From positions 32,001 to 96,000 of IMG/VR virus record IMGVR_UViG_2974799246_000001: 64,000 bases of DNA. One strand, given 5' to 3'. Both the position numbers and the translations under genes were made by a program. This DNA comes from a virus. Its lineage: Duplodnaviria > Caudoviricetes. Shown piece by piece: positions 8,730-17,776 of the stretch (position 1 is the stretch's first letter; the number at the start of each line of letters is the position of its first letter). The notes beneath the pieces were generated by a model. It was not told where the DNA came from. It worked only from the letters and a program-made list of their open reading frames with translations, and did not search any database.

Positions 8730-9351
8730 GTTAACAACGAAAGACGTTGAAGCGTACTGGCGTGGTCGTGCGTACATTGAAGCCGCTCGTTTGGCTCATG
8801 ATGCGCACGATGACAAGACAGCCAACACCATGACGTATCAGGCGATTGAGCCTTATCTCGAACAAGGCCGTGCTGCTATTGCTGATGAACGAGCGGCGCA
8901 TACAGGTGATGACTTACCTGACGCCGTGTTTGAAGAAGGGCAGACGCTCGAAGCGCGTTTCGTTGTGCTGCTGGCTTTGATGTTGGACAGTGATCGACAG
9001 GAAGTTGGCGGGAAGACGATTCTTTCCATGGCGCATCTGTCTGCGGCGGCGCGTGATAAGAAAATCGTGTTAGTGCTTAACGGCCACAACACCGATCTCG
9101 CTCGCTCTTTGGCCCTTGAGTCTGGTTATGAGGTACGTGACTCAGGCCTGATCGCGGCTATTAGCGAAAAGATGGCCAGATGTTCACAGAGCACAGGTTT
9201 CTTTGAACTTGATACGCCTCGTATCGCCAAAGAGCCTGATGTTAATCTCAAGGCCGTTAGGCAGAAGCATAATCGTGTTGGACGCCATGCAGGTAATCAG
9301 CGCTTCAACGCGAAGCCTCAGCGTCAGAACTTCAAAGGCCGTGGCCGATGA
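8701..9351 (+). CDS. hypothetical protein with basic C-terminus
   Basis: GGAGG RBS before ATG 8701. Confidence 0.75.
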   Translation: MLNAAGPALELTTKDVEAYWRGRAYIEAARLAHDAHDDKTANTMTYQAIEPYLEQGRAAIADERAAHTGDDLPDAVFEEGQTLEARFVVLLALMLDSDRQEVGGKTILSMAHLSAAARDKKIVLVLNGHNTDLARSLALESGYEVRDSGLIAAISEKMARCSQSTGFFELDTPRIAKEPDVNLKAVRQKHNRVGRHAGNQRFNAKPQRQNFKGRGR

Positions 9352-9716
9352 TTCACGAAATGTATGCGATTGAGTACGCGAATAATGTTCCCACGCGTAT
9401 TCACGTATTTCGTCCAGAGAAAGACACGCAGCAATCTGATTACCGTGCGCTCGTCAGCATGGGCGCTTTCGATAAGCATATGGGTTTGATATGTGCTCGT
9501 GATCTTGCAGCGAAACGCTTCTGGTTGAAACGCAAGTTCGAATGGGAACAACTGGTGGAGAGCGACAGGCGTATGATGCGCCTACGTCATTCTCCTATTT
9601 GGATTAATCTTCCAAAGCAGATACACGATGACCTGTGGTCGTTCTATCGTGCAGTCGGCTGGGACTACAAGAGCAAGCGATTCGTTGACCAAAAATCCAC
9701 TATCTCTGCCGTGTGA
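9348..9716 (+). CDS. hypothetical protein
   Basis: ATGA-coupled 122-aa ORF. Confidence 0.75.
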   Translation: MIHEMYAIEYANNVPTRIHVFRPEKDTQQSDYRALVSMGAFDKHMGLICARDLAAKRFWLKRKFEWEQLVESDRRMMRLRHSPIWINLPKQIHDDLWSFYRAVGWDYKSKRFVDQKSTISAV

Positions 9717-9847
9717 AGTAACTAGCTTACTCGCGGTATCAACGCGCAGCGGGAAATTTCTCGAAGTGCTGAATAGCAACATCATTATACCAGCCGGGCA
9801 AAGTATCAGTCATGTTGTCGATGCCGCCCTTGTTGAGGGGAACATTC

Positions 9848-10195
9848 ATGAGCCTGAAAGACTGGTTGATAACGACGGAGACAGTCATCCATAAGATGGT
9901 TGTCGATCCAAAAGAAGGTACGGCAGCAGGTCTGGTCGAGACTGTCTACTACGGACCTAAACGCACTGGCGGGCAGCGTCTGCACAGCGCAACTCTGTCC
10001 TGCGTCTGCCATGATATCTATCGTCGCCATTTGACGTGGACTGATATTAATGGCATGGCAGACTTGCTGCCTAAGTATAACACCGCGAAGTCATTGAGCC
10101 GTAGACTGCGCACCGAAATAAACAAACTCGTAGCTGAGGGTAAAATCAATGGCGAGTCCATTATCAGAGATGCGTATCGGCAGCCCACTGCCTGA
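9848..10195 (+). CDS. hypothetical protein
   Basis: GAGGGG RBS before ATG 9848. Confidence 0.7.
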   Translation: MSLKDWLITTETVIHKMVVDPKEGTAAGLVETVYYGPKRTGGQRLHSATLSCVCHDIYRRHLTWTDINGMADLLPKYNTAKSLSRRLRTEINKLVAEGKINGESIIRDAYRQPTA

Positions 10196-10871
10196 TTCAA
10201 AAGAACTTATCGCCAAGCAGTTGCGCGACGGTACGATTGAATTCCTGTCGGGCGTGGATGCTCTGGACGCATTAAGCACCGTGACGCTGCGCTCTGCTTC
10301 TGAAATCGGTCTGGATGTATTGAACGGTACTTGGTGCTTCTCGCCTAAGTATATGTACGAAACGCGTCATCCAGTTTCGTACACGTTCGGACACACGCAA
10401 GCGAAAGAGATCGGCGGGTACAGTGACCTGCTGCACACGATGGTGCAGAAAGCCGCGCAAGAGTTCTACTACGGACCTCTTGGTCTTATCCGCAAGTTCC
10501 TCATTCAGCATGAAGCACAGACAGGGAAGACTGACCTGTTGCTGCCTCAGGAGTGGTCTGTTGTTATCGACGACAACCTGAAAATGCAGGACTTCCTGGG
10601 CGTCATCGAAGGCTATGTCCGTGGTAACGCACGACAAGCTGTTGCTGCGGCCGTGTATGAACAGTTCTACTCTGACACGCAGAACCCAACTCGGCCTGTC
10701 CGTCTGGTGTACAAGCGTTCGGGTGTTTGGATTTACCCTGCCGATGATACCAAGATTCGTGGTCGTGGTCAGTTTGATATGACGCCTATTATCCGCTTCA
10801 TTTCGAACCCGAGAGGACACGGCCTCAATCAGGAGATTTTCAAAGCGTATCGTGCGCTCGTAAATCTGTAA
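10149..10871 (+). CDS. hypothetical protein
   Basis: 240-aa ORF, GAGGG RBS. Confidence 0.8.
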   Translation: MASPLSEMRIGSPLPDSKELIAKQLRDGTIEFLSGVDALDALSTVTLRSASEIGLDVLNGTWCFSPKYMYETRHPVSYTFGHTQAKEIGGYSDLLHTMVQKAAQEFYYGPLGLIRKFLIQHEAQTGKTDLLLPQEWSVVIDDNLKMQDFLGVIEGYVRGNARQAVAAAVYEQFYSDTQNPTRPVRLVYKRSGVWIYPADDTKIRGRGQFDMTPIIRFISNPRGHGLNQEIFKAYRALVNL

Positions 10872-10874
10872 ATA
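10863..10874 (+). promoter_or_regulatory. putative phage promoter motif AATCTGTAAATA
   Basis: Exact copy of the 1918 motif, 57 nt upstream of gene 10932. Confidence 0.55.
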
Positions 10875-10931
10875 CTGATTGCTAAAGTTATCCGTTTAAT
10901 CTGACTATCAAATCTCTATAAGGAAAGAATC

Positions 10932-11633
10932 ATGCCTTCTGTTAATGAAGCTCGCTCTCGTTCTGGTGTAGTTGACAACAGCGCCAAGTCGGTCAAAGGT
11001 GCAAACAAAGCAGGTCCTATTAAAGGTGGCGAACGTCCTATGGCGGCCGCTGGTGCTGCTCCTGCGTACCATCAGGTTCAACCGAACGTTCAGCCGGGTA
11101 GTGTTGCCGCTTCTCTGTCAGGCCGCGCTTCAAATATCAGCGTTGCCACTGCTGATCTTGCGACTGTACTGGCCCGTCTGGGCATATATGATGCAGAGCC
11201 TCGTCTGGACCAAACCTCCTGCTCTACCGAAAACGTACTGGCCGTTCTGGACAATCACGTTAACCTCGAAGTGCGTTCTCTCGAAACCTTCCTGACTGCT
11301 GCTATCTACGGCGCCGAAGACAAAGAAGTGTGTGACGAGTGCGATCAGGAAGAAGTGAAGGGCGGCGTTGCTGAAACTAACTACGGCAGCAAGTTCTTCT
11401 ATCACGCCGATGTTATTCACAGCCGTCTGCGCGACATTGATCGCAAGCTGGAGCGTATTCGTGTTTCTCTGCTGGGCGAACGTCCTGCTGTGGCCGAAGC
11501 GAAAACTGCAAACAACGACAGCACCGCCAGCCTGCATCAGTGCGTGTCAGTTCTGATCTCCCGTATTGATACTACGGTTGAGCGTGTGACTGAGCTGACC
11601 TCCGATATCCGTAACGGCCTGCTGGGCGAGTAA
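10932..11633 (+). CDS. hypothetical helical protein
   Basis: 233-aa ORF, AAGGA RBS. Confidence 0.85.
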   Translation: MPSVNEARSRSGVVDNSAKSVKGANKAGPIKGGERPMAAAGAAPAYHQVQPNVQPGSVAASLSGRASNISVATADLATVLARLGIYDAEPRLDQTSCSTENVLAVLDNHVNLEVRSLETFLTAAIYGAEDKEVCDECDQEEVKGGVAETNYGSKFFYHADVIHSRLRDIDRKLERIRVSLLGERPAVAEAKTANNDSTASLHQCVSVLISRIDTTVERVTELTSDIRNGLLGE

Positions 11634-11638
11634 TCGTC

Positions 11639-12598
11639 GTGCCTCGTCTTACACCTTCTTTTGGAGAAATAATCGTGATCGATTTTGACAATACTGTTAT
11701 TCGTTTCGACGAAGAACGGCGCCCGTACTACACCGCTCGCGGCGCTAAAGGTAAGTTCGAACGTGTCTATCTGAGCGATGCAGAACAGCAGTCCTACAAA
11801 GAGCACGAAGTAGAAAAACGCGATCGTCTGAACAGCCAGGCTGTAGCGCCTGCGCGTAGTTTCCATGAAAGCGGTCCTACAGGTCCCGTTGGTCCAGGTC
11901 CATGCCCTGTAGGCGAAATCGCAGAACAAGAGCCAGATGAAGTTGATATGCCTATGCCGTTAGAGCTGACCGAAGTTCCTCAGTCTCCTGCTCGTACTCT
12001 GGCCTGTCGCTCCGTTACGCTGATCAACTCCATGGCTGACTTGTCTGGCGCACTGTACGCGTTCGGTGTTATCGACACCAATCACGTCGGTAATCTGACG
12101 CACTTCATCCACCAGCAGATGAACAACGAAGAATGCGGTGAAGACTCTGACGGCGGCCTGGTATCGGCGTATGCTTTCACCAATCGCATCGCTGCAAACC
12201 TGTACCACACGTATAACGACGAGCGCTCCTACAGTCCTATGTTCGTTGTAGCGGAGCACGTAACGCCTGTTGTTACGCTGCTGCAATATCTGATGGGTAT
12301 TGCATTCCCTAACGGTGACATGGCAGTTCGCGCACAGCAACAGGGTCTGATGTATCGTAAGAACGATGACCTGCGTAGCTTGATCGAAGATCTGCAAACC
12401 GTGTACAACAACATTCAGGCTGATCTCGGCTATGCTGGCGAAACGTTTGTTGGTGAAGTCCCTGCTGAAATCGGCGGTGACTTGGTTCTGACAGAAGGCT
12501 TGTCTAAAATCGGTCTGGTTCGTGCTGCCGACGAAATGGTGCAGTACCTGATCAACCGTGTAGACACTCTGGTAAGTATGCTGAACGCAGAAATGTAA
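11639..12598 (+). CDS. hypothetical protein
   Basis: 319-aa ORF (start possibly GTG 11675 after GGAG). Confidence 0.8.
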   Translation: MPRLTPSFGEIIVIDFDNTVIRFDEERRPYYTARGAKGKFERVYLSDAEQQSYKEHEVEKRDRLNSQAVAPARSFHESGPTGPVGPGPCPVGEIAEQEPDEVDMPMPLELTEVPQSPARTLACRSVTLINSMADLSGALYAFGVIDTNHVGNLTHFIHQQMNNEECGEDSDGGLVSAYAFTNRIAANLYHTYNDERSYSPMFVVAEHVTPVVTLLQYLMGIAFPNGDMAVRAQQQGLMYRKNDDLRSLIEDLQTVYNNIQADLGYAGETFVGEVPAEIGGDLVLTEGLSKIGLVRAADEMVQYLINRVDTLVSMLNAEM

Positions 12599-12616
12599 TT
12601 AGGCGCTGTGGAAATA

Positions 12617-12654
12617 GAAAAGGGCGGCCCTCGTGATGAGAGTCGCCCTTTTTC
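12617..12654. terminator. bidirectional terminator at the convergence of the + and - gene blocks
   Basis: GAAAAGGGCGGC...GTCGCCCTTTTTC, A-run before and T-run after the stem. Confidence 0.85.
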
Positions 12655-12655
12655 G

Positions 12656-13120
12656 TTATAACGCCAAACCAATACCAATGGCTGCTGCGATACGTGTCAT
12701 CCACAGCTGGAAGTTCGCTGCCTTTTGGTCTTCAATGCGAGCCTTACGCTCCGCCACCAAATCCTCAGACAAACCGTTAGCCCTCACTTCTTCTGCTTGG
12801 GCTAAACGCAGTAACTTGTTGCGCTCATCAATCGTAAGGTTGAGAACGTCAATCAACTTGTTGCGCTCTTCGGTACGATCTTGTCCCGCCTTGTACAGGT
12901 TGATCAAATCAACCATGCCCTTATTGTCCAGAACTGCTACCTTCCGCTCATCAATCACTTTGATTTTGACGGCAGGCTTGGCAGGAACCTTCTCTGGCGT
13001 CCACTCAACACGATTAATCTGCTGAATGTCCTGCATGGTCGTTTTCTTCTGCTCGCTAATCCCAGACAGTGAACTGCATCCAGAAACGAGCAACAACAGG
13101 AGTAACGTGATTATTCTCAT
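12656..13120 (-). CDS. lipoprotein, spanin-like (o-spanin or u-spanin candidate)
   Basis: Signal peptide II MRIITLLLLLLVSG-C, coiled coil, hydrophobic C-terminus; ATGA overlap with the upstream TM gene. Confidence 0.65.
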   Translation of the reverse strand: MRIITLLLLLLVSGCSSLSGISEQKKTTMQDIQQINRVEWTPEKVPAKPAVKIKVIDERKVAVLDNKGMVDLINLYKAGQDRTEERNKLIDVLNLTIDERNKLLRLAQAEEVRANGLSEDLVAERKARIEDQKAANFQLWMTRIAAAIGIGLAL

Positions 13121-13413
13121 AGCTTATTGTACCTGTCTACCAGCTCATCCATGCTGTCATCTTCTGACGGAGGCTTAACATCAGTCTCAGGCTTCCGCTC
13201 GTTCAGGTCCTTCACCGCATCGTTGACAGTCTGGCTGTCTTGGACTTGGTTCTTGATTGCCTGTTCGCGCGTATTCTCATCGGCTTTCTGCTCACCTGTC
13301 GTAGTCGAAGCGCTTGTCGCAGGACGGCGAAGTAGCAACGCCGACACGATAAGCACCGCAACAGATGCGAAAACCTTCCAGTATTTTCTCAACAACTCAA
13401 TAGCCTTAGACAT
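13117..13413 (-). CDS. inner-membrane-anchored protein, i-spanin-like
   Basis: Single N-terminal TM then hydrophilic helical domain; directly upstream of the lipoprotein. Confidence 0.6.
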   Translation of the reverse strand: MSKAIELLRKYWKVFASVAVLIVSALLLRRPATSASTTTGEQKADENTREQAIKNQVQDSQTVNDAVKDLNERKPETDVKPPSEDDSMDELVDRYNKL

Positions 13414-13429
13414 AATCAGCACTCCTGCA

Positions 13430-13732
13430 TTATTCTGCGTCTTCTTTCTTTGCTGCCTTAGAAGTCTGCGTGTTAATCAGGTTCTCAACGGTGAATGCCA
13501 AGCTAAAGTAAGTCAGATGGTCAGTCTGTCCTGCTGTCAGCATACCGATGAACATGCCCGTAGACACAAACACTGCGGCGATAGACGAGATTGGATTTGA
13601 CGTCCAATACTCTTTCCAGTTGAGGCCTTCTCGCTTGGTCTTGACCACATAGTTCATCAAGACTCCGCCGACATATGAAAGCAAGAAGGCTACGATTTGA
13701 ATCGGCGCGAGATTCGTTACTACATCACCCAT
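13430..13732 (-). CDS. holin-like membrane protein
   Basis: ~100 aa, 2-3 hydrophobic segments, charged C-terminus, next to spanin-like genes. Confidence 0.55.
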   Translation of the reverse strand: MGDVVTNLAPIQIVAFLLSYVGGVLMNYVVKTKREGLNWKEYWTSNPISSIAAVFVSTGMFIGMLTAGQTDHLTYFSLAFTVENLINTQTSKAAKKEDAE

Positions 13733-13751
13733 TTTCAATACTCCGTATCGA

Positions 13752-13780
13752 CAAAAGAAAGGGAGAGCCGAAGCCCTCCC
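13752..13780 (-). terminator. intrinsic terminator
   Basis: Minus strand GGGAGGGC-TTCG-GCTCTCCC then TTTCTTTT. Confidence 0.8.
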
Positions 13781-13785
13781 TATGG

Positions 13786-14025
13786 TTAAAGCTGATCAGA
13801 GGTAATCTGACCTGCCTTATACAGTTCGCGCTTACGCTCTTTCCATGTGGACGTAAGTTCGGAGAAGAACTCTTTCATGCTGTCATCATCCAGCTCGAAA
13901 GGTTGATTCACTTCGTACTTACTGCACAGGTCGTTGAACGTAGTCGCATATTCCTGCTGTAGGAATGATTTTTCCGCGCTAACACTTAGATACTGCTGCG
14001 CCGAGAGTGCTACAGATACTTGCAT
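13786..14025 (-). CDS. small late protein
   Basis: 79 aa, AGAGG RBS, TAATTT motif 28 nt upstream, followed by a terminator. Confidence 0.75.
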   Translation of the reverse strand: MQVSVALSAQQYLSVSAEKSFLQQEYATTFNDLCSKYEVNQPFELDDDSMKEFFSELTSTWKERKRELYKAGQITSDQL

Positions 14026-14059
14026 GATACCATCCTCTTTGTTTGACTCGCTTAAATTA

Positions 14060-14659
14060 TCAAGCGAATTTCAAAACAAGGTCATTGACGATAACAGCTT
14101 TCGACTGGTCTGTAGGCGTTGTGTTGTTAGCGTACACTTTGCCTCCAACCAATCTCAAGTCTGCGTTGGAGTTTTCGTTACCCACAGAGCACACAGCAAC
14201 GAACGATGCAGGCACAACGGTAACACCAGTCTGAACGTTGATTGTGGCGCTTGCTCCACCAATGACGATGCACCAAGTAGGCGTAGCGTCTTTCGTGAAG
14301 TAAGATGCACGGTAGTCAGAGTAGCTGGCACTGATACGCATGTTAAACGCTGAGGCCAACAGCACTGGAACGTTGTTAGCGTTCGTGGTCATTGCTGCTT
14401 TATTGCCCACTACGCCGCCGACATAATCAGCAAGACGAGAAGCAGTTAACAGGCCTGGGTTTATGTACGCTGCGTTCGTGCCGGTGAGCTGAGTACCGTC
14501 ACCAATCAGACTGTTAAGTTCTGCTTTGGTTGGCATGGCCCCTGTATAAAACAGAATGGCGTTCGCAACGGCAGTGAAGTTCGAAGGCGCAGCAGAGTTC
14601 ACCAGAGAACTGTACGCGTTACGCTGCATTGCGTTTGCAGTTGCAGGAAGCATTTTCAT
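14060..14659 (-). CDS. putative virion protein, short member of paralog family
   Basis: FYTGAMP / TPTW / VGNENSNADL..GG motifs shared with 15580 and 17249. Confidence 0.8.
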   Translation of the reverse strand: MKMLPATANAMQRNAYSSLVNSAAPSNFTAVANAILFYTGAMPTKAELNSLIGDGTQLTGTNAAYINPGLLTASRLADYVGGVVGNKAAMTTNANNVPVLLASAFNMRISASYSDYRASYFTKDATPTWCIVIGGASATINVQTGVTVVPASFVAVCSVGNENSNADLRLVGGKVYANNTTPTDQSKAVIVNDLVLKFA

Positions 14660-15570
14660 TACACGCCCTCCAGGAAGTTATCTGCAATACGAATCGTCAG
14701 ATCTGGGATAGCCATCTGACCGTACTGACCGATCGAAGGTGTGCCTACAGTAACGTCAGTGCCAATATCCAGTACAAGACCGTAATAGTCGTCTTGTACC
14801 TGAGCGAGATATGCTTGAGTGGTTGATGGGTTTGGTAGAGTCAGCGGCACCAGTACAACATGCGTCAAGGCAGCAACAACGAAGTCACTGCCTTTCTCTG
14901 CATACGGAGTGAAGTACATATCGTTGGTGGTTGCTGTTCCATTCAGGGTGATACGCAGCTTACGCGCAACAATGTCCAGACCATCATTGATGCCAGCAAC
15001 AACGTTGATGCGAGTCCACACAAGCGTCGTAGGATCTTGATACTCCAGACGAACGTTGCCTGCGTTAATGCCAGATACAGACGGCACGAAGAACGAACGG
15101 AAACGGAGAGTACGCCCGTAGTCATACTCAACAGCATCGTTCGCACTCCAGCCGCTGCCAATATCGCTTGTGATATCAAAAGCCGCACCCACCATAGACA
15201 TAATCTGCTGTGGTGTTTTGTTTATGCCAGGAGTAAGCGTGAAGCGACTGTACTCTGGATAAACTGCGTAGGTCTGAATGCTCTGGCCGGATGCAGGGTC
15301 GAAGACCTTACGACCTTGACCATAACCGCCGATTGGTTGCAGACTACGGCCGCGAGAGTACACACGACATAAAGTGTTGTTTGCATCAGTGGTTTGTTGC
15401 TGATAGCGATACTCTACGGCACAACGACTCGTAGCTACGAGATCGAGAAATGCTTTAGGCACGCTATTGCTGTTACCGTTGCGAAAGAAGGCCATGAAGC
15501 CGTTCGTGTTCACACCAGTGCCTGCGGTTTGAGTGAGCTGATATAGCGCCACTTTTTCAGAGACTAACAT
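14659..15570 (-). CDS. putative virion protein, long member with F5/8-type C (discoidin)-like insert
   Basis: VEYDYG...LEYQD...W...ARKLRI pattern. Confidence 0.75.
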   Translation of the reverse strand: MLVSEKVALYQLTQTAGTGVNTNGFMAFFRNGNSNSVPKAFLDLVATSRCAVEYRYQQQTTDANNTLCRVYSRGRSLQPIGGYGQGRKVFDPASGQSIQTYAVYPEYSRFTLTPGINKTPQQIMSMVGAAFDITSDIGSGWSANDAVEYDYGRTLRFRSFFVPSVSGINAGNVRLEYQDPTTLVWTRINVVAGINDGLDIVARKLRITLNGTATTNDMYFTPYAEKGSDFVVAALTHVVLVPLTLPNPSTTQAYLAQVQDDYYGLVLDIGTDVTVGTPSIGQYGQMAIPDLTIRIADNFLEGV

Positions 15571-15579
15571 AATGCCTCC

Positions 15580-16113
15580 TTAGTATTTGATACGCAAGTC
15601 AGCGATGCGCAGAGGCTGGTTCAGAGCAACAGTACCACCAACAATTTTCAGGTCAGCGTTAGAGTTTTCATCGCCCACAGTACCAGTGATGATGACGTAG
15701 GCATTCGAACCAGTAGTGAAGCCTGCAAACGTATCAGCCGCAGAGGCAGTCTGAGCAAGACGCATCATGAACCACGTAGGAGTACCGGCCGCCGCAATAG
15801 TCGCTAAGTTAGCCTGAGCGCTAAGTGGAATCTGAATGAGGTTGTTGTCCATGTCCATAGCGATAGGCACCACGCCACACATTACATCGCCAAGGAAATT
15901 CGCAGCTGTGGCAAACGCACTGATAGCTGCGGCAGACCATGGCACAGTCGTAGAAGCAGCGGTGATCATCGCACTCAACTGAGCGTCTGTCGGAGGTGTG
16001 CCTGAGAACAAACCGACGTGAATCGTGTTGACCGCAGTGTTGCTGTTTGGAGGCATACGTTGGTTTAATGCAGCCATAGCCATGAATGAGTTGTATGCTT
16101 TAGATACGCGCAT
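15580..16113 (-). CDS. putative virion protein, short member of paralog family
   Basis: LFSGTPP / GTPTWF / VGDENSNADLKIVGG; start MRVSKAY at 16113. Confidence 0.8.
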   Translation of the reverse strand: MRVSKAYNSFMAMAALNQRMPPNSNTAVNTIHVGLFSGTPPTDAQLSAMITAASTTVPWSAAAISAFATAANFLGDVMCGVVPIAMDMDNNLIQIPLSAQANLATIAAAGTPTWFMMRLAQTASAADTFAGFTTGSNAYVIITGTVGDENSNADLKIVGGTVALNQPLRIADLRIKY

Positions 16114-16114
16114 A

Positions 16115-17179
16115 TTAGTATGTCTCCAGTGAAATAGGCGTATAGGACACGGTGAACGAACCGACAGCTTGTTCCTGCCCTGGGTACGCTGTAGCATCCG
16201 CGATCAGCAGGTCATAGCTTGAAGCCTGTTTCACATCGTCCGTAACGGTCAGACCGTAGTGAGGGAACCAACGACCATAGCTGTTCACGTTCATCGCTTG
16301 CGACATGGCGGGCACACCATAGGCAGTACCGAAACCATGTGGGAACATGACAACGTGCTGCACTTTGCCTAAGGTGCGAGGAGCCGAGCCTGCCGCATAG
16401 TCACCATAGAAGTGCAGAGCAAACGTGCCAACACCGATGAAGAACGGGTTGGTTGCTGCCGCAGACTTAGACACAATGCGGAAGCGACGACCTTGAACAG
16501 TGGCTGGGAGCTGGTAATACTTCTCAACGTTACCCGCTGTCTGGGACAGGTTAGTTACTAGGTTAGTCACATCAACCCATGAACTACCTTGCTGTACCTG
16601 CAAGAATACCATGTTAGCAGGTACGTTAGCGAACAGGTTGTTGTTCGCTGTAGTCTGTGTGATACTGGTCAGAGCGTTAATGACCACATCGGCGCCGAAG
16701 TCATACTCAGCCAAAGTCCACGAACCATCAGCGTTCTTGTTCTTAACGGTAGGAACGGAGGCACCTGACGTTGGTGCAGTACATGGCATCTGAATTGCGG
16801 AGGTTGTTGATGCACAACGATGCCACAAAATAGTAGCGAACAGCATGTCCAGTTGATACTGCGCACTTGCGATCCCGGTATCAACAAGATCTTGATACAC
16901 GGTGCTATACGAGGCGAACGTTACTTTCGGCAGAACACGTTTCCCGCGATAGCCCTGAACAGTTGTCCAAGCAGGAGCAGGAGAAGATTGCAGGCTAGTG
17001 GTGTTAGGAACCAGAGAGTGCTGCCCACCACCAATCTGAGTTTGAATAAACGCACGACCACTGAGCATGTTGTTCAGAACGGTCTGCATGTCGTAGTTCA
17101 AAGGGTTAGGAAGATTCCCTTCCATGAAAGCACCGTACATTACGGTAGGTGTATTTTGATAAATCGGTAGAATTTTCAT
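16115..17179 (-). CDS. putative virion protein, long member with discoidin-like insert
   Basis: AEYDFGA...W.DV...YQLP..VQGRRFRIV...PRTLGK; close paralog of 17773. Confidence 0.8.
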   Translation of the reverse strand: MKILPIYQNTPTVMYGAFMEGNLPNPLNYDMQTVLNNMLSGRAFIQTQIGGGQHSLVPNTTSLQSSPAPAWTTVQGYRGKRVLPKVTFASYSTVYQDLVDTGIASAQYQLDMLFATILWHRCASTTSAIQMPCTAPTSGASVPTVKNKNADGSWTLAEYDFGADVVINALTSITQTTANNNLFANVPANMVFLQVQQGSSWVDVTNLVTNLSQTAGNVEKYYQLPATVQGRRFRIVSKSAAATNPFFIGVGTFALHFYGDYAAGSAPRTLGKVQHVVMFPHGFGTAYGVPAMSQAMNVNSYGRWFPHYGLTVTDDVKQASSYDLLIADATAYPGQEQAVGSFTVSYTPISLETY

Positions 17180-17248
17180 ATCATGCCCTTGGTTTAAAGA
17201 CAGTTCAAATTAATGAAGTGACGCCCACGCTAGGACGTCACTCAAGAA

Positions 17249-17776
17249 CTACAGTTGTAGCGTCAGGTCGAGGAAGCGGTATGCTTGCCCGCTCTTAATC
17301 TGTCCACCAATGAACTGGAGTTCTGCATCAGAGCCTTGATCGCCTACAGTACCCATCCACGCAGGACCTGCAAGCAACGTACCTGTAGAGGATGACAGTA
17401 CGAAGTTAGCCCACGACGCAGCAGCCGCTCCAGCAGTAGCTACGATACGCGCCACATAGTAAGTAGGCGTACCGTCAGCAACACCGGTCAGCGTAGCAGC
17501 ATTTCCGGCAAATGGCAGAGTTACTGTGCGTGGTCCAACGTTAACAACAGGAGTCATTGCAGCGAATGCAATTGAACCTAAGAAGTTAGCTTGTGTCAGA
17601 CCTAATGCAGTCACTGCCTTGAGGTTCCAGCCTGAACCGGGTACTTGCGAGAAGATCTGATTGAAATCAGGCTTGGGTCCTTTGAACAACGCGATGTGAA
17701 GCGTGTTCGCCGCAATCGCTGTAGCAGGGAACCCACCATTGATAGCGGCGAGTGATGCACCTTTGTTGCTAATCAT
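17249..17776 (-). CDS. putative virion protein, short member of paralog family
   Basis: LFKGPKP / GTPTYY / VGDQGSDAEL..GG. Confidence 0.8.
   Translation of the reverse strand: MISNKGASLAAINGGFPATAIAANTLHIALFKGPKPDFNQIFSQVPGSGWNLKAVTALGLTQANFLGSIAFAAMTPVVNVGPRTVTLPFAGNAATLTGVADGTPTYYVARIVATAGAAAASWANFVLSSSTGTLLAGPAWMGTVGDQGSDAELQFIGGQIKSGQAYRFLDLTLQL

Noticed and set aside
9628-9894. 88-aa ORF bridging the 9717-9847 gap
   Set aside because: Overlaps both neighbours and has no convincing RBS or start; left uncalled.
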